Shown here piece after piece: positions 27,110-35,830 of a stretch of 49,287 bases of DNA. The notes below the pieces were generated by a model. It worked only from the letters and a program-made list of their open reading frames with translations, was not told the origin of the DNA and made no database searches. The stretch comes from Clostridia bacterium (GTDB lineage Bacteria > Bacillota > Clostridia > Christensenellales > UBA3700): assembly GCA_036659935.1 (NCBI GenBank), contig JAVXBP010000002.1:1-49287 (forward strand). Direction: 5' to 3'. Made by a program: the position numbers and the translations under genes. Numbering within the stretch: the stretch's first letter is position 1; every line of letters starts with the position of its first letter.

Positions 27110-27271
27110 TTACAATTGTTACGCAAGTTGTGTTGTGACAAGCAACTTTAACAATGTTTACGCAAGCTTTGTTTTCGACAAGTGACTTACACAAAGCAAA
27201 TTACAATTGTTACGCAAGTTGTGTTGTGACAAGTAGCAAATTGCAACGTTTACGCAAGCTTTGTTTTCGAC
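27110..27271. repeat. ~91-bp tandem duplication that includes the last 22 nt (with stop) of the PI-PLC-like gene
   Basis: Exact 33-mer at 27110-27142 = 27201-27233. Exact 24-mer at 27156-27179 = 27248-27271; the stop codon complement TTA is at 27250-27252. Confidence 0.85.
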
Positions 27272-28260
27272 TGGAATTGTACGATAGAACTTTCTTTGAC
27301 AAGCCCTTTTGCAAGATTGAGCGAGATAATTTCTTCTATTTTTCTGCCGTCGGTTACAAAATCGCGCATTATTATATTTGTGACAGCCAACTTGTCTTTG
27401 TCGCTTGCCAACGAGTTGACAAACGCGCTCATATTTGCCGAGTGACCGTCCTCGAGCTCTTTGAGACTTCCCAAATAAGGAGAAGTGAGTTGTCCTTGCA
27501 AGACAAAAAGCCCTTTGTTTTTGTTGGCAAAACGATTGTAATAATTTGGCAACGCTTGTGAGATAAATTTTGCGCTTTCCAATTTTTGCAAGCCAGAATC
27601 ATAATAAGAATCGAGCGCCGCGCCGACGAGCGAACCGCCGTCATTGTTGCGACGGAAAAGATAATCGCGCCCAAAATAGTCGCCGTCCTCGCGGTCTCCC
27701 CACAAAATCAGCGCCTTGCCACGACATTGTCCTAAGGTGAGAGTGTCAACAAAATCAAGTTCTGACAGAGTGGAAGTGTTCTTTATCGCCAACTTGTCCA
27801 AGCCGACTTTTTCGATAATCGCAAGCGTTCCTTCCTTTGAGTTTTCGAAGTGTTGGAAGTCAAGAATGAGCGTTTCCGTTGGGAATTCGACGAGAAAAGC
27901 TTTGATATCATTTGCGATTGGCTCGAAAGCCACCCCTTTGATGGGGCCGTGGAACATCTTGTATTCGTCGCCCGACTTTGCCACGCGCAAGTCAAAATAG
28001 CGCGCGCCAGCCTTGAGTTGCGACTTGATGTCGGAGCTCTGAGTGCAAGCCATGCTTGTCATGGTTACCGTGCCTGCGTCGTGACTGCCAGCGATGACAA
28101 TGTTCTTGAGCAAAGCGTCGTCCTTGATATCAGCTTGCCATTTGGAAAAGAAAATATCCTTTTCCACAGTTTCTTGCGAGGAAGAACAAGCGACAAAAAA
28201 TGTCATACAAAGCGCGCACGCAAGCGCCAACGCCAAAAATCTAAAAAAAGTTTTTTTCAT
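27250..28260 (-). CDS. PI-PLC X-domain (phosphatidylinositol-specific phospholipase C-like) lipoprotein
   Basis: IAGSHDAGT, GARYFDLRVA, MFHGP and FPTETLILDF parallel B. cereus PI-PLC (IPGTHDSGT, GARIFDIRGR, LHHGP, PSETIIMSL). Signal plus lipobox LCMTFFVAC. Start at ATG 28260 after GGAGAAAT. Confidence 0.8.
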   Translation of the reverse strand: MKKTFFRFLALALACALCMTFFVACSSSQETVEKDIFFSKWQADIKDDALLKNIVIAGSHDAGTVTMTSMACTQSSDIKSQLKAGARYFDLRVAKSGDEYKMFHGPIKGVAFEPIANDIKAFLVEFPTETLILDFQHFENSKEGTLAIIEKVGLDKLAIKNTSTLSELDFVDTLTLGQCRGKALILWGDREDGDYFGRDYLFRRNNDGGSLVGAALDSYYDSGLQKLESAKFISQALPNYYNRFANKNKGLFVLQGQLTSPYLGSLKELEDGHSANMSAFVNSLASDKDKLAVTNIIMRDFVTDGRKIEEIISLNLAKGLVKESSIVQFQSKTKLA

Positions 28261-28276
28261 AATTTCTCCAATATAA

Positions 28277-29806
28277 TTACTTTTTCTCGTTCGCGGAAGA
28301 AGCTGTTTTTTCTGCAAGTTTTTCTTTTTTCGCGCGTTGTTTGTTCGCGTTGGAAACATAAATTCTATAACTTATTTTGCTAAAAAACTTGGTTATCGCT
28401 TTGCGAGCTTTTGCAAAAGGCGAATGTTGCGGTTGTTGTCCGTCAGAGAGATATATCTCGAAAGACCGTATGTGTGGCTCAAGTCTGCAACGCTTGATTG
28501 TAAAAATCAAGTTGTCAGTTGTTATCTCGTCGAAAAGCGCAATCTTTTTGTGCCCGATGACCGTGCCTGCGCGCAAGGTTTTGTATGCGCCGTTGACGAT
28601 TGTTCCGAGCTCAAATTCTTCTACGCGCTGAGAAAAGTCAATGTCTTCGATAATGACCGCTTTGTCAATTTTTGCTGCGGCGAAAGTATATTTTGTCGTA
28701 TAGGTAATGAGTTTCTCGCCGTTTTCCAACTTTTCTTCGACGACCGTCTCGCTCGCCTTTGCGTCAATTTTTGTCGCGAAAGCGCTGTCAATTCTTGCGC
28801 CGAGCGCTTGCAAAACTGTCACGTCGGCTTGGTTTATTTGACCGCTTTTGTCAGGCGGAATGTTGAGCAACAACATGCAGTTGCCACCGACGGAATTGTA
28901 ATAAATGTCGAGCAATTTGTCAACGCTTTTTATTTTCTTGTTTTGATTTTCGTGGAAAAACCACCCCGGGCGGACAGAGACGTCAACTTCCGCGGGATAC
29001 CAAATGAATTCGTCGAAATGTTTCAACACTTCGCGACTGCCCAAATCTTCGCTGATACAATCAATTTTGCCCTCGAACTTGCCAGCGTCAGTTTGTTGAG
29101 AATTGCTCATTACCGCTTGGACGTCAAAGCCAAAGCGTGGCACAACGTTCCATTCGCTTTGTCGGCATTGTCCGCCTTCGTTGCCTACCCAACGCACGTC
29201 AGGCCCACAATTGGAAATGGCGCAATTCGGTTGAAGTTTGCGCGCAAGGGCGTAATATCTTGCAAAATCATATTTTTGCATAGGCTTGCCGTCCATAAAA
29301 GAACCGCACGCGCCGTCGAGCCAAATTGTAAAAATGTCGCCATAACGCGTGAGCAATTCCGTCATTTGGTCGCAATAAAAGTCATTGTATTTTTCCGTGC
29401 CATAATACTCTGAGTGTCTGTCCCACGGCGAAAGATAAATGCCGAGTTTCAGTCCGCTTTTTGCGCAAGCCTCGCTCAACTCTTGGATAACGTCGCCTTT
29501 TCCGCCACGGAAAGGGCTGGCTTTGACACAATAATCGGTCGTGTCAGTTTGCCACAAACAAAAGCCGTCGTGGTGTTTTGCGGTGGCGATGATTCCTTTC
29601 GCGCCGAGTTTTTTGATGACGGAGCACCATTGATTGCAATCGAGATTGGTTGGATTGAAAAGCGCTGGGTCAGCCTTGCCGTCCCCCCATTCAAGCCCGG
29701 TAAAAGTGTTCATTCCGAAGTGCGCAAAGACATAGAAGCCCATTTCTTCGATAGCTTTTTGGTTGGCGGTGGGTACAATCGAGACATATTTTTCCAAATT
29801 TTCCAT
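28277..29806 (-). CDS. GH29 alpha-L-fucosidase
   Basis: AKHHDGFCLW and the ..YLSPWD.. context. AAGGGAGAAAAT SD. No signal peptide. Lys-rich C-terminal tail. Confidence 0.85.
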   Translation of the reverse strand: MENLEKYVSIVPTANQKAIEEMGFYVFAHFGMNTFTGLEWGDGKADPALFNPTNLDCNQWCSVIKKLGAKGIIATAKHHDGFCLWQTDTTDYCVKASPFRGGKGDVIQELSEACAKSGLKLGIYLSPWDRHSEYYGTEKYNDFYCDQMTELLTRYGDIFTIWLDGACGSFMDGKPMQKYDFARYYALARKLQPNCAISNCGPDVRWVGNEGGQCRQSEWNVVPRFGFDVQAVMSNSQQTDAGKFEGKIDCISEDLGSREVLKHFDEFIWYPAEVDVSVRPGWFFHENQNKKIKSVDKLLDIYYNSVGGNCMLLLNIPPDKSGQINQADVTVLQALGARIDSAFATKIDAKASETVVEEKLENGEKLITYTTKYTFAAAKIDKAVIIEDIDFSQRVEEFELGTIVNGAYKTLRAGTVIGHKKIALFDEITTDNLIFTIKRCRLEPHIRSFEIYLSDGQQPQHSPFAKARKAITKFFSKISYRIYVSNANKQRAKKEKLAEKTASSANEKK

Positions 29807-29997
29807 ATTTTCTCCCTTAAATGTTTGTTTGGATATTTTTTTGAGTTGTTTTTTGTTTTTCTATAAATTTTGGTCGTTTTCGACAAGATTATTGATAAAT
29901 ATTTTACTATTATTTTACAATATATCTATATATAGCCATTTTAACACATTTTGTTAAAAATTTCAAGAAGTTGCAACATTTTATTTTTTAATCGCAG

Positions 29998-30026
29998 TTG
30001 ACAAATATTGCGAACGGGTTTATAAT
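29998..30026 (+). promoter_or_regulatory. consensus sigma-A promoter driving riboswitch/ATPase
   Basis: TTGACA (29998-30003), 17 nt, TATAAT (30021-30026). Confidence 0.7.
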
Positions 30027-30043
30027 AAAAATGTAAATCGAAT

Positions 30044-30136
30044 CTCCGAAGGGGAGTAGCGTGGGAAAACCTTGTCATGTCGTCAACACAGCGCAAGCTC
30101 GGCATGCCAGTCCGAAAGGATTCGCAAGACCTTCAC
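30044..30136 (+). promoter_or_regulatory. yybP-ykoY (Mn2+) riboswitch aptamer
   Basis: Conserved blocks GAAGGGGAGUAGCGUGGGAAAA, GUCGUCAA and GCAAGACCUUC match the L. lactis yybP-ykoY crystal construct as I recall it (AAAGGGGAGUAGCGUCGGGAAAC..GUCGUCAA..AGCAAGACCUUUCC). Confidence 0.8.
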
Positions 30137-30166
30137 TCTTTTGAATAAATTGGGTGAAGGTTTTTT
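30129..30166 (+). terminator. riboswitch expression-platform terminator
   Basis: ACCTTCAC (30129-30136) pairs with GTGAAGGT (30154-30161), followed by a T6 run. Its 5' arm is the 3' strand of aptamer helix P1, giving ON-switch logic. Confidence 0.75.
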
Positions 30167-30204
30167 GTTTTATAAATACAAAACATAGGTTCAGAGAGGA
30201 AAAA

Positions 30205-32829
30205 ATGTACAGAAAATCTACTGACGAGCTGTTGGAAAGATTCCACAGCAACCGCGAAACGGGCTTGTCGCAAGAACAAGTCATCAATTCGCGTGGCGAG
30301 TTTGGAGAAAACAAACTGCAAAGCAAAAAAAGACAGAGCCTTTTTGTTAAATTTTTGTTGCAATTCAAAGATATTCTTTTGATAATCTTGATAATCGCAG
30401 CAATCGTTTCGCTTTGTATTGACCCGAAAGAATGGTTCGAGAGCGCAATAATTTTCTTTGTCGTAATCGTAAACGCTATTTTGGGCGTATTCCAAGAGGA
30501 CAAGGCGGAAAAATCACTTGACGCGCTCAAAAAAATGTCGTCGCCGACTTGCAAAGTTCGTCGTGACGGGCTTGTGCAAGAACTCAGCACTGACCAACTT
30601 GTTGCAGGCGACATAATTTTGGTTGAGGCGGGCGACTTTATTCCTGCCGACGCGAGACTTTTCGAATGCTCCAACTTGCAAGTCGAAGAATCAGCGCTGA
30701 CGGGCGAATCGCTTGCGGTTACAAAAAATGTAGCGGTTCTCGAGGGCGAAAATTTGCCACTCGGCGACAGAAAAAATATGTTGTTTTCGTCAACGTTTGT
30801 CACAAACGGACATGGCGAAGCGATAGTTACCGCGGTTGGAATGCAAACGGAAATCGGCAAAATCGCTGGTATGTTGTTGGAAAAAGACGACTCGCAAACT
30901 CCTTTGCAAATCAAACTTGCCCAAGTCGGCAAGGCTATTGGTTTGATTGCGATTATCATTTGCGCGGTTGTTTTCGTAATGGAAAAATTGAACGGACTGA
31001 CTTGGCTTGACGCTTTCAAGACGGCAGTCGCGTTGGCGGTCGCAGCTATCCCAGAAGGACTTGCCACCGTTGTAACCATCTCTCTTGCGATTGGCGTTCA
31101 AAAAATGTCCAAACAAAACGCAATTGTCAAGAAGTTGCCTGCGGTAGAAACGCTTGGTTGCACAAGCATAGTTTGCTCGGACAAGACTGGCACTTTGACA
31201 CAGAACAAAATGACTTGCACAGAACTTTTCGATGGTGAACAACTTCCGCTTGCAAACGGAATGACATTGGACGAGAAAAAAGTTCAATTGTTGCAATATT
31301 TTGCGCTTTGTTGCGATGCGAAAATTGACATTGTCGACGGCGTAGAAAAACGCCTTGGCGACCCGACAGAAACAGCCCTTATCGAGATAAACAACAAGCT
31401 CGGCAAGGCTTTTGGCGATATCAAACGCGTGGGCGACTTGCCTTTCGACAGCGAAAGAAAGTTGATGACCGTTGTGCTGCAAGTGGGCAAAAAGTTCATT
31501 TCTGTCACAAAGGGCGCGCCTGACAATATGTTCAAATTGAGCGTGCCATCGCCGTTTATTGAGCAAGCGACCAACGCCAACACAAATATGGCGGAAAGAG
31601 CGCTGAGAGTGCTCGGGCTTGGCATAAAAGAATTCGACAAAATGCCTGTCGTTGACGAAACGCTGGAAAAAGATATGACTTTCTTGGGCTTGATTGGAAT
31701 GATTGACCCAAGCCGTCCAGAAGTCAAAGTGGCAATCGAAGAAGCAAAGAAAGCGGGCATTCGCCCAATTATGATTACTGGCGACCACATAACGACCGCC
31801 ACCGCTATCGCTCGCGAACTCGGAATTTTCCGCGAGGGCGACCGCGCTATTACGTCGGAGCAACTCGAAAAAATGTCCGACAAAGAACTCGACGCGCATA
31901 TCGAAGAATTCTCAGTTTACGCTCGTGTCGCGCCAAAAGACAAGGTTAGAATTGTCGAGGCGTGGCAGAAAAAAGATATGGTTGTCGCTATGACTGGCGA
32001 CGGTGTCAATGACTCGCCTGCGCTCAAAAAAGCCGATATCGGTTGCGCAATGGGCATAACTGGCACGGACGTTTCCAAGGAAGCGGCGGATATGATTCTT
32101 GTTGATGACAACTTTGCGACAATTATCAACGCGGTTGAACAAGGTCGTGGCATTTACGCCAACGTCAAAAAGTGCGTGCGCTATTTGCTATCGTCCAACT
32201 TTGGCGAAGTGCTCACAATTTTTGTCGCGTCAATCATCTCGATGTTTATGACGGACGCGTTGTGGGGCGTGCCACTCTTGCCGATACACTTGTTGTGGAT
32301 AAACCTTATCACTGACTCGTTGCCTGCATTCGGGCTTGGAATGGACTCTGCGACCAAGAACATTATGTTGGAAGCTCCTCGACCAAAAAAGGAAGGCTTC
32401 TTTGCAAACGGTATGATATACAAAATCTTGTTCGAAGGTATTATTTTCGGCGCGCTTTCTATATCGGCGTTTACAATCGGCACAGTTCTCGAAGGAAGTC
32501 TTGCGATTGGTCAAACAATGACATTCTTGACATTGTCAACAATTCAACTTTTCCACTCGTTCAACGTCAAGTCTGACAGAACGCTTTTCTGCAAAGAAAC
32601 ATTCAACAACAAGTTCCTCAATATGTCATTCCTTGCGGGCTTTGCGTTGCAAATTCTTGTAATCTATATCCCAGGAGTCAACACAATGTTCAAGCTTGCT
32701 CCTTTGAGTATTGCAAATCTTGCGACCTGCATAGGGCTTGCGGCGATTGTAATTGTGTTTGTTGAGATATTCAAATTGATAGCCAACGTTGCGGCAAAAA
32801 AGAAACAAGCGCAAATCGTTATCAAATAA
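30205..32829 (+). CDS. P2-type cation-transporting ATPase (Ca2+/Mn2+-type)
   Basis: CSDKTGTLTQNKMT, TGDHITTA, TGDGVNDSPALKKADIG; 10-TM layout. Start at ATG 30205 after GAGAGGAAAAA. The ORF-track GTG at 30154 lies inside the terminator. Confidence 0.9.
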   Translation: MYRKSTDELLERFHSNRETGLSQEQVINSRGEFGENKLQSKKRQSLFVKFLLQFKDILLIILIIAAIVSLCIDPKEWFESAIIFFVVIVNAILGVFQEDKAEKSLDALKKMSSPTCKVRRDGLVQELSTDQLVAGDIILVEAGDFIPADARLFECSNLQVEESALTGESLAVTKNVAVLEGENLPLGDRKNMLFSSTFVTNGHGEAIVTAVGMQTEIGKIAGMLLEKDDSQTPLQIKLAQVGKAIGLIAIIICAVVFVMEKLNGLTWLDAFKTAVALAVAAIPEGLATVVTISLAIGVQKMSKQNAIVKKLPAVETLGCTSIVCSDKTGTLTQNKMTCTELFDGEQLPLANGMTLDEKKVQLLQYFALCCDAKIDIVDGVEKRLGDPTETALIEINNKLGKAFGDIKRVGDLPFDSERKLMTVVLQVGKKFISVTKGAPDNMFKLSVPSPFIEQATNANTNMAERALRVLGLGIKEFDKMPVVDETLEKDMTFLGLIGMIDPSRPEVKVAIEEAKKAGIRPIMITGDHITTATAIARELGIFREGDRAITSEQLEKMSDKELDAHIEEFSVYARVAPKDKVRIVEAWQKKDMVVAMTGDGVNDSPALKKADIGCAMGITGTDVSKEAADMILVDDNFATIINAVEQGRGIYANVKKCVRYLLSSNFGEVLTIFVASIISMFMTDALWGVPLLPIHLLWINLITDSLPAFGLGMDSATKNIMLEAPRPKKEGFFANGMIYKILFEGIIFGALSISAFTIGTVLEGSLAIGQTMTFLTLSTIQLFHSFNVKSDRTLFCKETFNNKFLNMSFLAGFALQILVIYIPGVNTMFKLAPLSIANLATCIGLAAIVIVFVEIFKLIANVAAKKKQAQIVIK

Positions 32830-32833
32830 CAGT

Positions 32834-32945
32834 AAGCGAAAAGCTCAATTGTTGCAAATGACACAACGCTAAATAAGCGCAAATGTTATAAACGATATAA
32901 TACAAAAGCGAAAAGCTCAATTGTTGCAAATGACACAACGCTAAA
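32834..32945. repeat. 72-bp tandem duplication downstream of the P2 ATPase
   Basis: Exact 40-mer AAGCGAAAAGCTCAATTGTTGCAAATGACACAACGCTAAA at 32834-32873 and 32906-32945. The flanks resemble the gene's last 26 nt. Confidence 0.85.
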
Positions 32946-33142
32946 AAAGCGAAATGTTGCAAACAACAAAACAAAAAACAAGCGCGTGTCGAGCAAACCT
33001 TGACGCGCGCGATAGAAAATTAATATACAAAGTATAGAAAACATATTTTTCGACCAAACTATTTGTAATGTTTGAGCGCTCAAAAAAAGTCGGCTTGTCA
33101 CAACAGGTCGACTTTTGCGTTTAACAAATATTGTGTGGGAGA

Positions 33143-33298
33143 ATGGAAATGGAAAAATTGAACAAAAACGTCACCGAAAGAATAAAACGCAGTTTGCCAC
33201 GCCTTGTGGACAGCAGTAACCTTGTAATGGCGCTCAAAGACGAGAGCGACCATTGGGTGATAAGTCAGCTCGAAGAAGACGAAGATTGGACATTGTAG
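33143..33298 (+). CDS. candidate small acidic protein (49-51 aa), below the ORF-track cutoff
   Basis: GGGAGA SD then ATGGAAATG. Encodes MEMEKLNKNVTERIKRSLPRLVDSSNLVMALKDESDHWVISQLEEDEDWTL*. The local composition is less AT-rich than the flanks. No homology evidence. Confidence 0.35.
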   Translation: MEMEKLNKNVTERIKRSLPRLVDSSNLVMALKDESDHWVISQLEEDEDWTL

Positions 33299-33452
33299 AA
33301 AATTAAAAATTCGAAAATTACTCGAGAAGTAAAAAAATTGAAAGCTACTCAAAAGTTTGTAATAATGCAAGGGGATAGCGCTTGGAAAGTTTATAGAGCC
33401 AAAAAATGAAAACAGCTCAAAAAATGAAATAAACTCAAAAATTGAGAACAGC

Positions 33453-33833
33453 TCAAAACGCTTGTGGCAAAAGTTGTCCCAGTGTGGTTGATGTGGCAAC
33501 GCCGTCACTTCCGCGACAAATTATCACAAAGTTATCACTGACAAATTCGCTCGCAAATTGACGACAAATTCCGCACGGAAAAGGTGTTCTTCCGTCAGAG
33601 ACAATCGCCATAGCGAGCCAATTGTGTGACCCGTGAGCGATTGCGGAAGTCATCGCCACTCTCTCGGCGCATATCGTCGCGCCAAAACTTGCGTTCTCGA
33701 CGTTGCAACCGACAAAAATATCGCCATTGCTGTCGAGCAGGGCGCAACCAACGGAATAATGCGAATATGGACAATGCGCCAAAGGCAACATTTGTGTCGC
33801 TTGCGCGAGCAAGTCTGTCAAGTCAAGTTCCAT
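33453..33833 (-). CDS. cdd: cytidine deaminase
   Basis: Zinc motifs CAERVA and PCGICRQ; 126 aa. Confidence 0.92.
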   Translation of the reverse strand: MELDLTDLLAQATQMLPLAHCPYSHYSVGCALLDSNGDIFVGCNVENASFGATICAERVAMTSAIAHGSHNWLAMAIVSDGRTPFPCGICRQFASEFVSDNFVIICRGSDGVATSTTLGQLLPQAF

Positions 33834-33854
33834 AATAGTTTCTCCTTTTGTTAC

Positions 33855-34721
33855 TTACACGCCTTGGAAGTTAAAGTCTGGCACATATTCTTTTTCTTCT
33901 TTGCGCAATTCTTGCACATAAGAGTTGTCGAAGCCATATTTTTCCAATCGCGCGATTGCAATTTTGTATTCCAAAGGTTTCAATTTTTGATTGAGCTCGG
34001 GGAAGTTTGCCGCTTGTCCGCACGGAAAATATTGTCCCATAAGCGATATATAGGTTGACTTGTCGAGATTGAGACGGCACCACTCAACAAATTGTAGCGT
34101 GTTGTTGAGCGCGGACGGCAATTGCAAGTGTCTGATAATCATTCCTTGACGCATAATTCCGTCCACGACAACGTCGCGTGGGACTTGCTTGCGCATTTGG
34201 AGAATTGCGTCGGAACAGCGTTCGAAGTAGTCGGGCGCGTTGCAATATCTTTGCGCGAGCGCGTTGTCGGCGAACTTAAAATCAGGCAAAAAAATATCGA
34301 CGATTCCGTCAAGCTTTTTGATTGTATCAATCGTCTCATAGCCACCGCAATTGAAAAGCAGTGGAATTTTCGGTTGATAAATATTGACGGCTTGAATTAT
34401 TTGGTCGACATAATGACTGGCGGTGACAAGGTTGATATTGTGCGCGCCAGCGCTTTCCAGTTCTTGGAAAATTTCCGCAAGGCGGTGAATGGATATCTCT
34501 TTGCCTTTTCCGCGCGAGACCTCGAAGTTTTGGCAAAAAACGCATTTGAGCTGACAGCCCGCAAAAAAGATTGCGCCACTGCCACGAGCGCCGCTTATAA
34601 TCGGTTCTTCCCACAGGTGGAGAGCGGCGCGCGCGAGCGAAAGCTTGTCGCTTTGCCCACAATAGCCCCGCTTCTCCGAGCGGTCAACGGCGCAATGTCT
34701 TGGACAATTGTCGCACAACAT
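33855..34721 (-). CDS. radical SAM protein, PflX-like (pyruvate formate-lyase activase homologue)
   Basis: CxxxCxxC cluster CQLKCVFCQN. N-terminal CDNCPRHC..RGYCG is typical of COG1313-type proteins. Confidence 0.75.
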   Translation of the reverse strand: MLCDNCPRHCAVDRSEKRGYCGQSDKLSLARAALHLWEEPIISGARGSGAIFFAGCQLKCVFCQNFEVSRGKGKEISIHRLAEIFQELESAGAHNINLVTASHYVDQIIQAVNIYQPKIPLLFNCGGYETIDTIKKLDGIVDIFLPDFKFADNALAQRYCNAPDYFERCSDAILQMRKQVPRDVVVDGIMRQGMIIRHLQLPSALNNTLQFVEWCRLNLDKSTYISLMGQYFPCGQAANFPELNQKLKPLEYKIAIARLEKYGFDNSYVQELRKEEKEYVPDFNFQGV

Positions 34722-34724
34722 TGA

Positions 34725-35606
34725 TTATTTCGCCAACAATTTGATGATATGCTTGCAAGCTTTTTTGCCGTCATCGCTGAGTGGCAAGAATGGCTTGCGG
34801 CAATCGCCCATATTTATTCCCATTTCTGTCAAAACGCCTTTTTCCATTGCAAAAACGCCATATTTGATAAGAATTGTGATAATCTCGTTTACGTCTTCTT
34901 GGATAGCCTTTGCGCGCGCGATATCGTTTGCGTTGAAAGCCTTGTAGATAGCGACAAATTTTTCTGCCATAAAGTTGTATGTCGAACCAATTCCGCCGTC
35001 AGCGCCCATAGAAAGCCCTGCGACCAACATTTCGTCGAAACCATTGTAAACGATTGGTTTGCACTCCATCGACTTGAATTGTTGGAGCATATAAAGGTCG
35101 GCATTTGTGTGCTTTATCGCGATAAAATGCTTGTTTTGGAACATATCTTCCGCCATAGTTTTGTTGAAGTTGAAGCCGTTTGCAGCAGGGAAGTTGTACA
35201 TAATCATAGGAATGTCAACGCTGTTTGCGATGTCGTTGTAATAGCCTTTGATTGCCTCATAGCCAAATGAATAGTAATAAGGCGCAACCGCAGAAATTGC
35301 GTCATAGCCAATCTCTTCGGCATATTTTGCCATCTCGATTGAGTGAGCTGTGTTGATAGAACCAACGTGCGCGATAAGCGTTGTTTTGCCTTCGTTCGCG
35401 TCAGCGGCAGCCTTGAACAATTGCTTTCTTTCGTCAACTGTCAGCAACAAGCCCTCGCCAGTAGAACCGCCCACATAGAAGCCGTTTACACCTTTTGCGA
35501 TGTTCATTTTGACAAGTTTGTCAATTGCGTTTGCATCGATTTGGTCGTCTTTTGTAAAAGGCGTGAGCAATGCAGGGAAAATACCTTTGAATTTTGTAGT
35601 ATCCAT
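34725..35606 (-). CDS. nanA: N-acetylneuraminate lyase
   Basis: FPALLTPF.., GFYVGGSTGE, IAIKHTNADLY (Schiff-base Lys context) and YNGFDEMLVAGLSMGADGGIGSTYNFMA closely parallel E. coli NanA. Confidence 0.9.
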   Translation of the reverse strand: MDTTKFKGIFPALLTPFTKDDQIDANAIDKLVKMNIAKGVNGFYVGGSTGEGLLLTVDERKQLFKAAADANEGKTTLIAHVGSINTAHSIEMAKYAEEIGYDAISAVAPYYYSFGYEAIKGYYNDIANSVDIPMIMYNFPAANGFNFNKTMAEDMFQNKHFIAIKHTNADLYMLQQFKSMECKPIVYNGFDEMLVAGLSMGADGGIGSTYNFMAEKFVAIYKAFNANDIARAKAIQEDVNEIITILIKYGVFAMEKGVLTEMGINMGDCRKPFLPLSDDGKKACKHIIKLLAK

Positions 35607-35655
35607 ATTGTACCTCTTTTTAATATATTTGCTATTTAATTGGTTTGCTATTTAT

Positions 35656-35746
35656 TAACTAATCTACTTACTTACTAACTAACTTGCTTACTAACTAACT
35701 AACTTACTTACTTACTTACTAACTAACTTACTTACTAACTTACTTT
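35656..35746. repeat. tetranucleotide (TAAC/TTAC)n microsatellite between nanK and nanA
   Basis: TAACTAATCTACTTACTTACTAACTAACTTGCTTACTAACTAACTAACTTACTTACTTACTTACTAACTAACTTACTTACTAACTTAC. Confidence 0.9.
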
Positions 35747-35830
35747 TCTGCTAATTTGATAGAATTTTCTATTTTTTGTTTGCTTTGGACAAGTTGTTTC
35801 TCCAAGTAAACTTGGTCGGACAATTTTCGG

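Noticed and set aside
30154-30204. N-terminal extension of the P2 ATPase ORF starting at GTG 30154.
   Set aside because: The GTG lies inside the 3' arm of the riboswitch terminator hairpin. A strong SD (GAGAGGAAAAA) precedes ATG 30205, and the family N-terminus (STDELLERF..) begins there.
33098-33508. 136-aa Phe-rich ORF on the minus strand.
   Set aside because: It overlaps the cdd 3' end out of frame. Its composition simply reflects the A-rich plus-strand repeats, and it has no SD.
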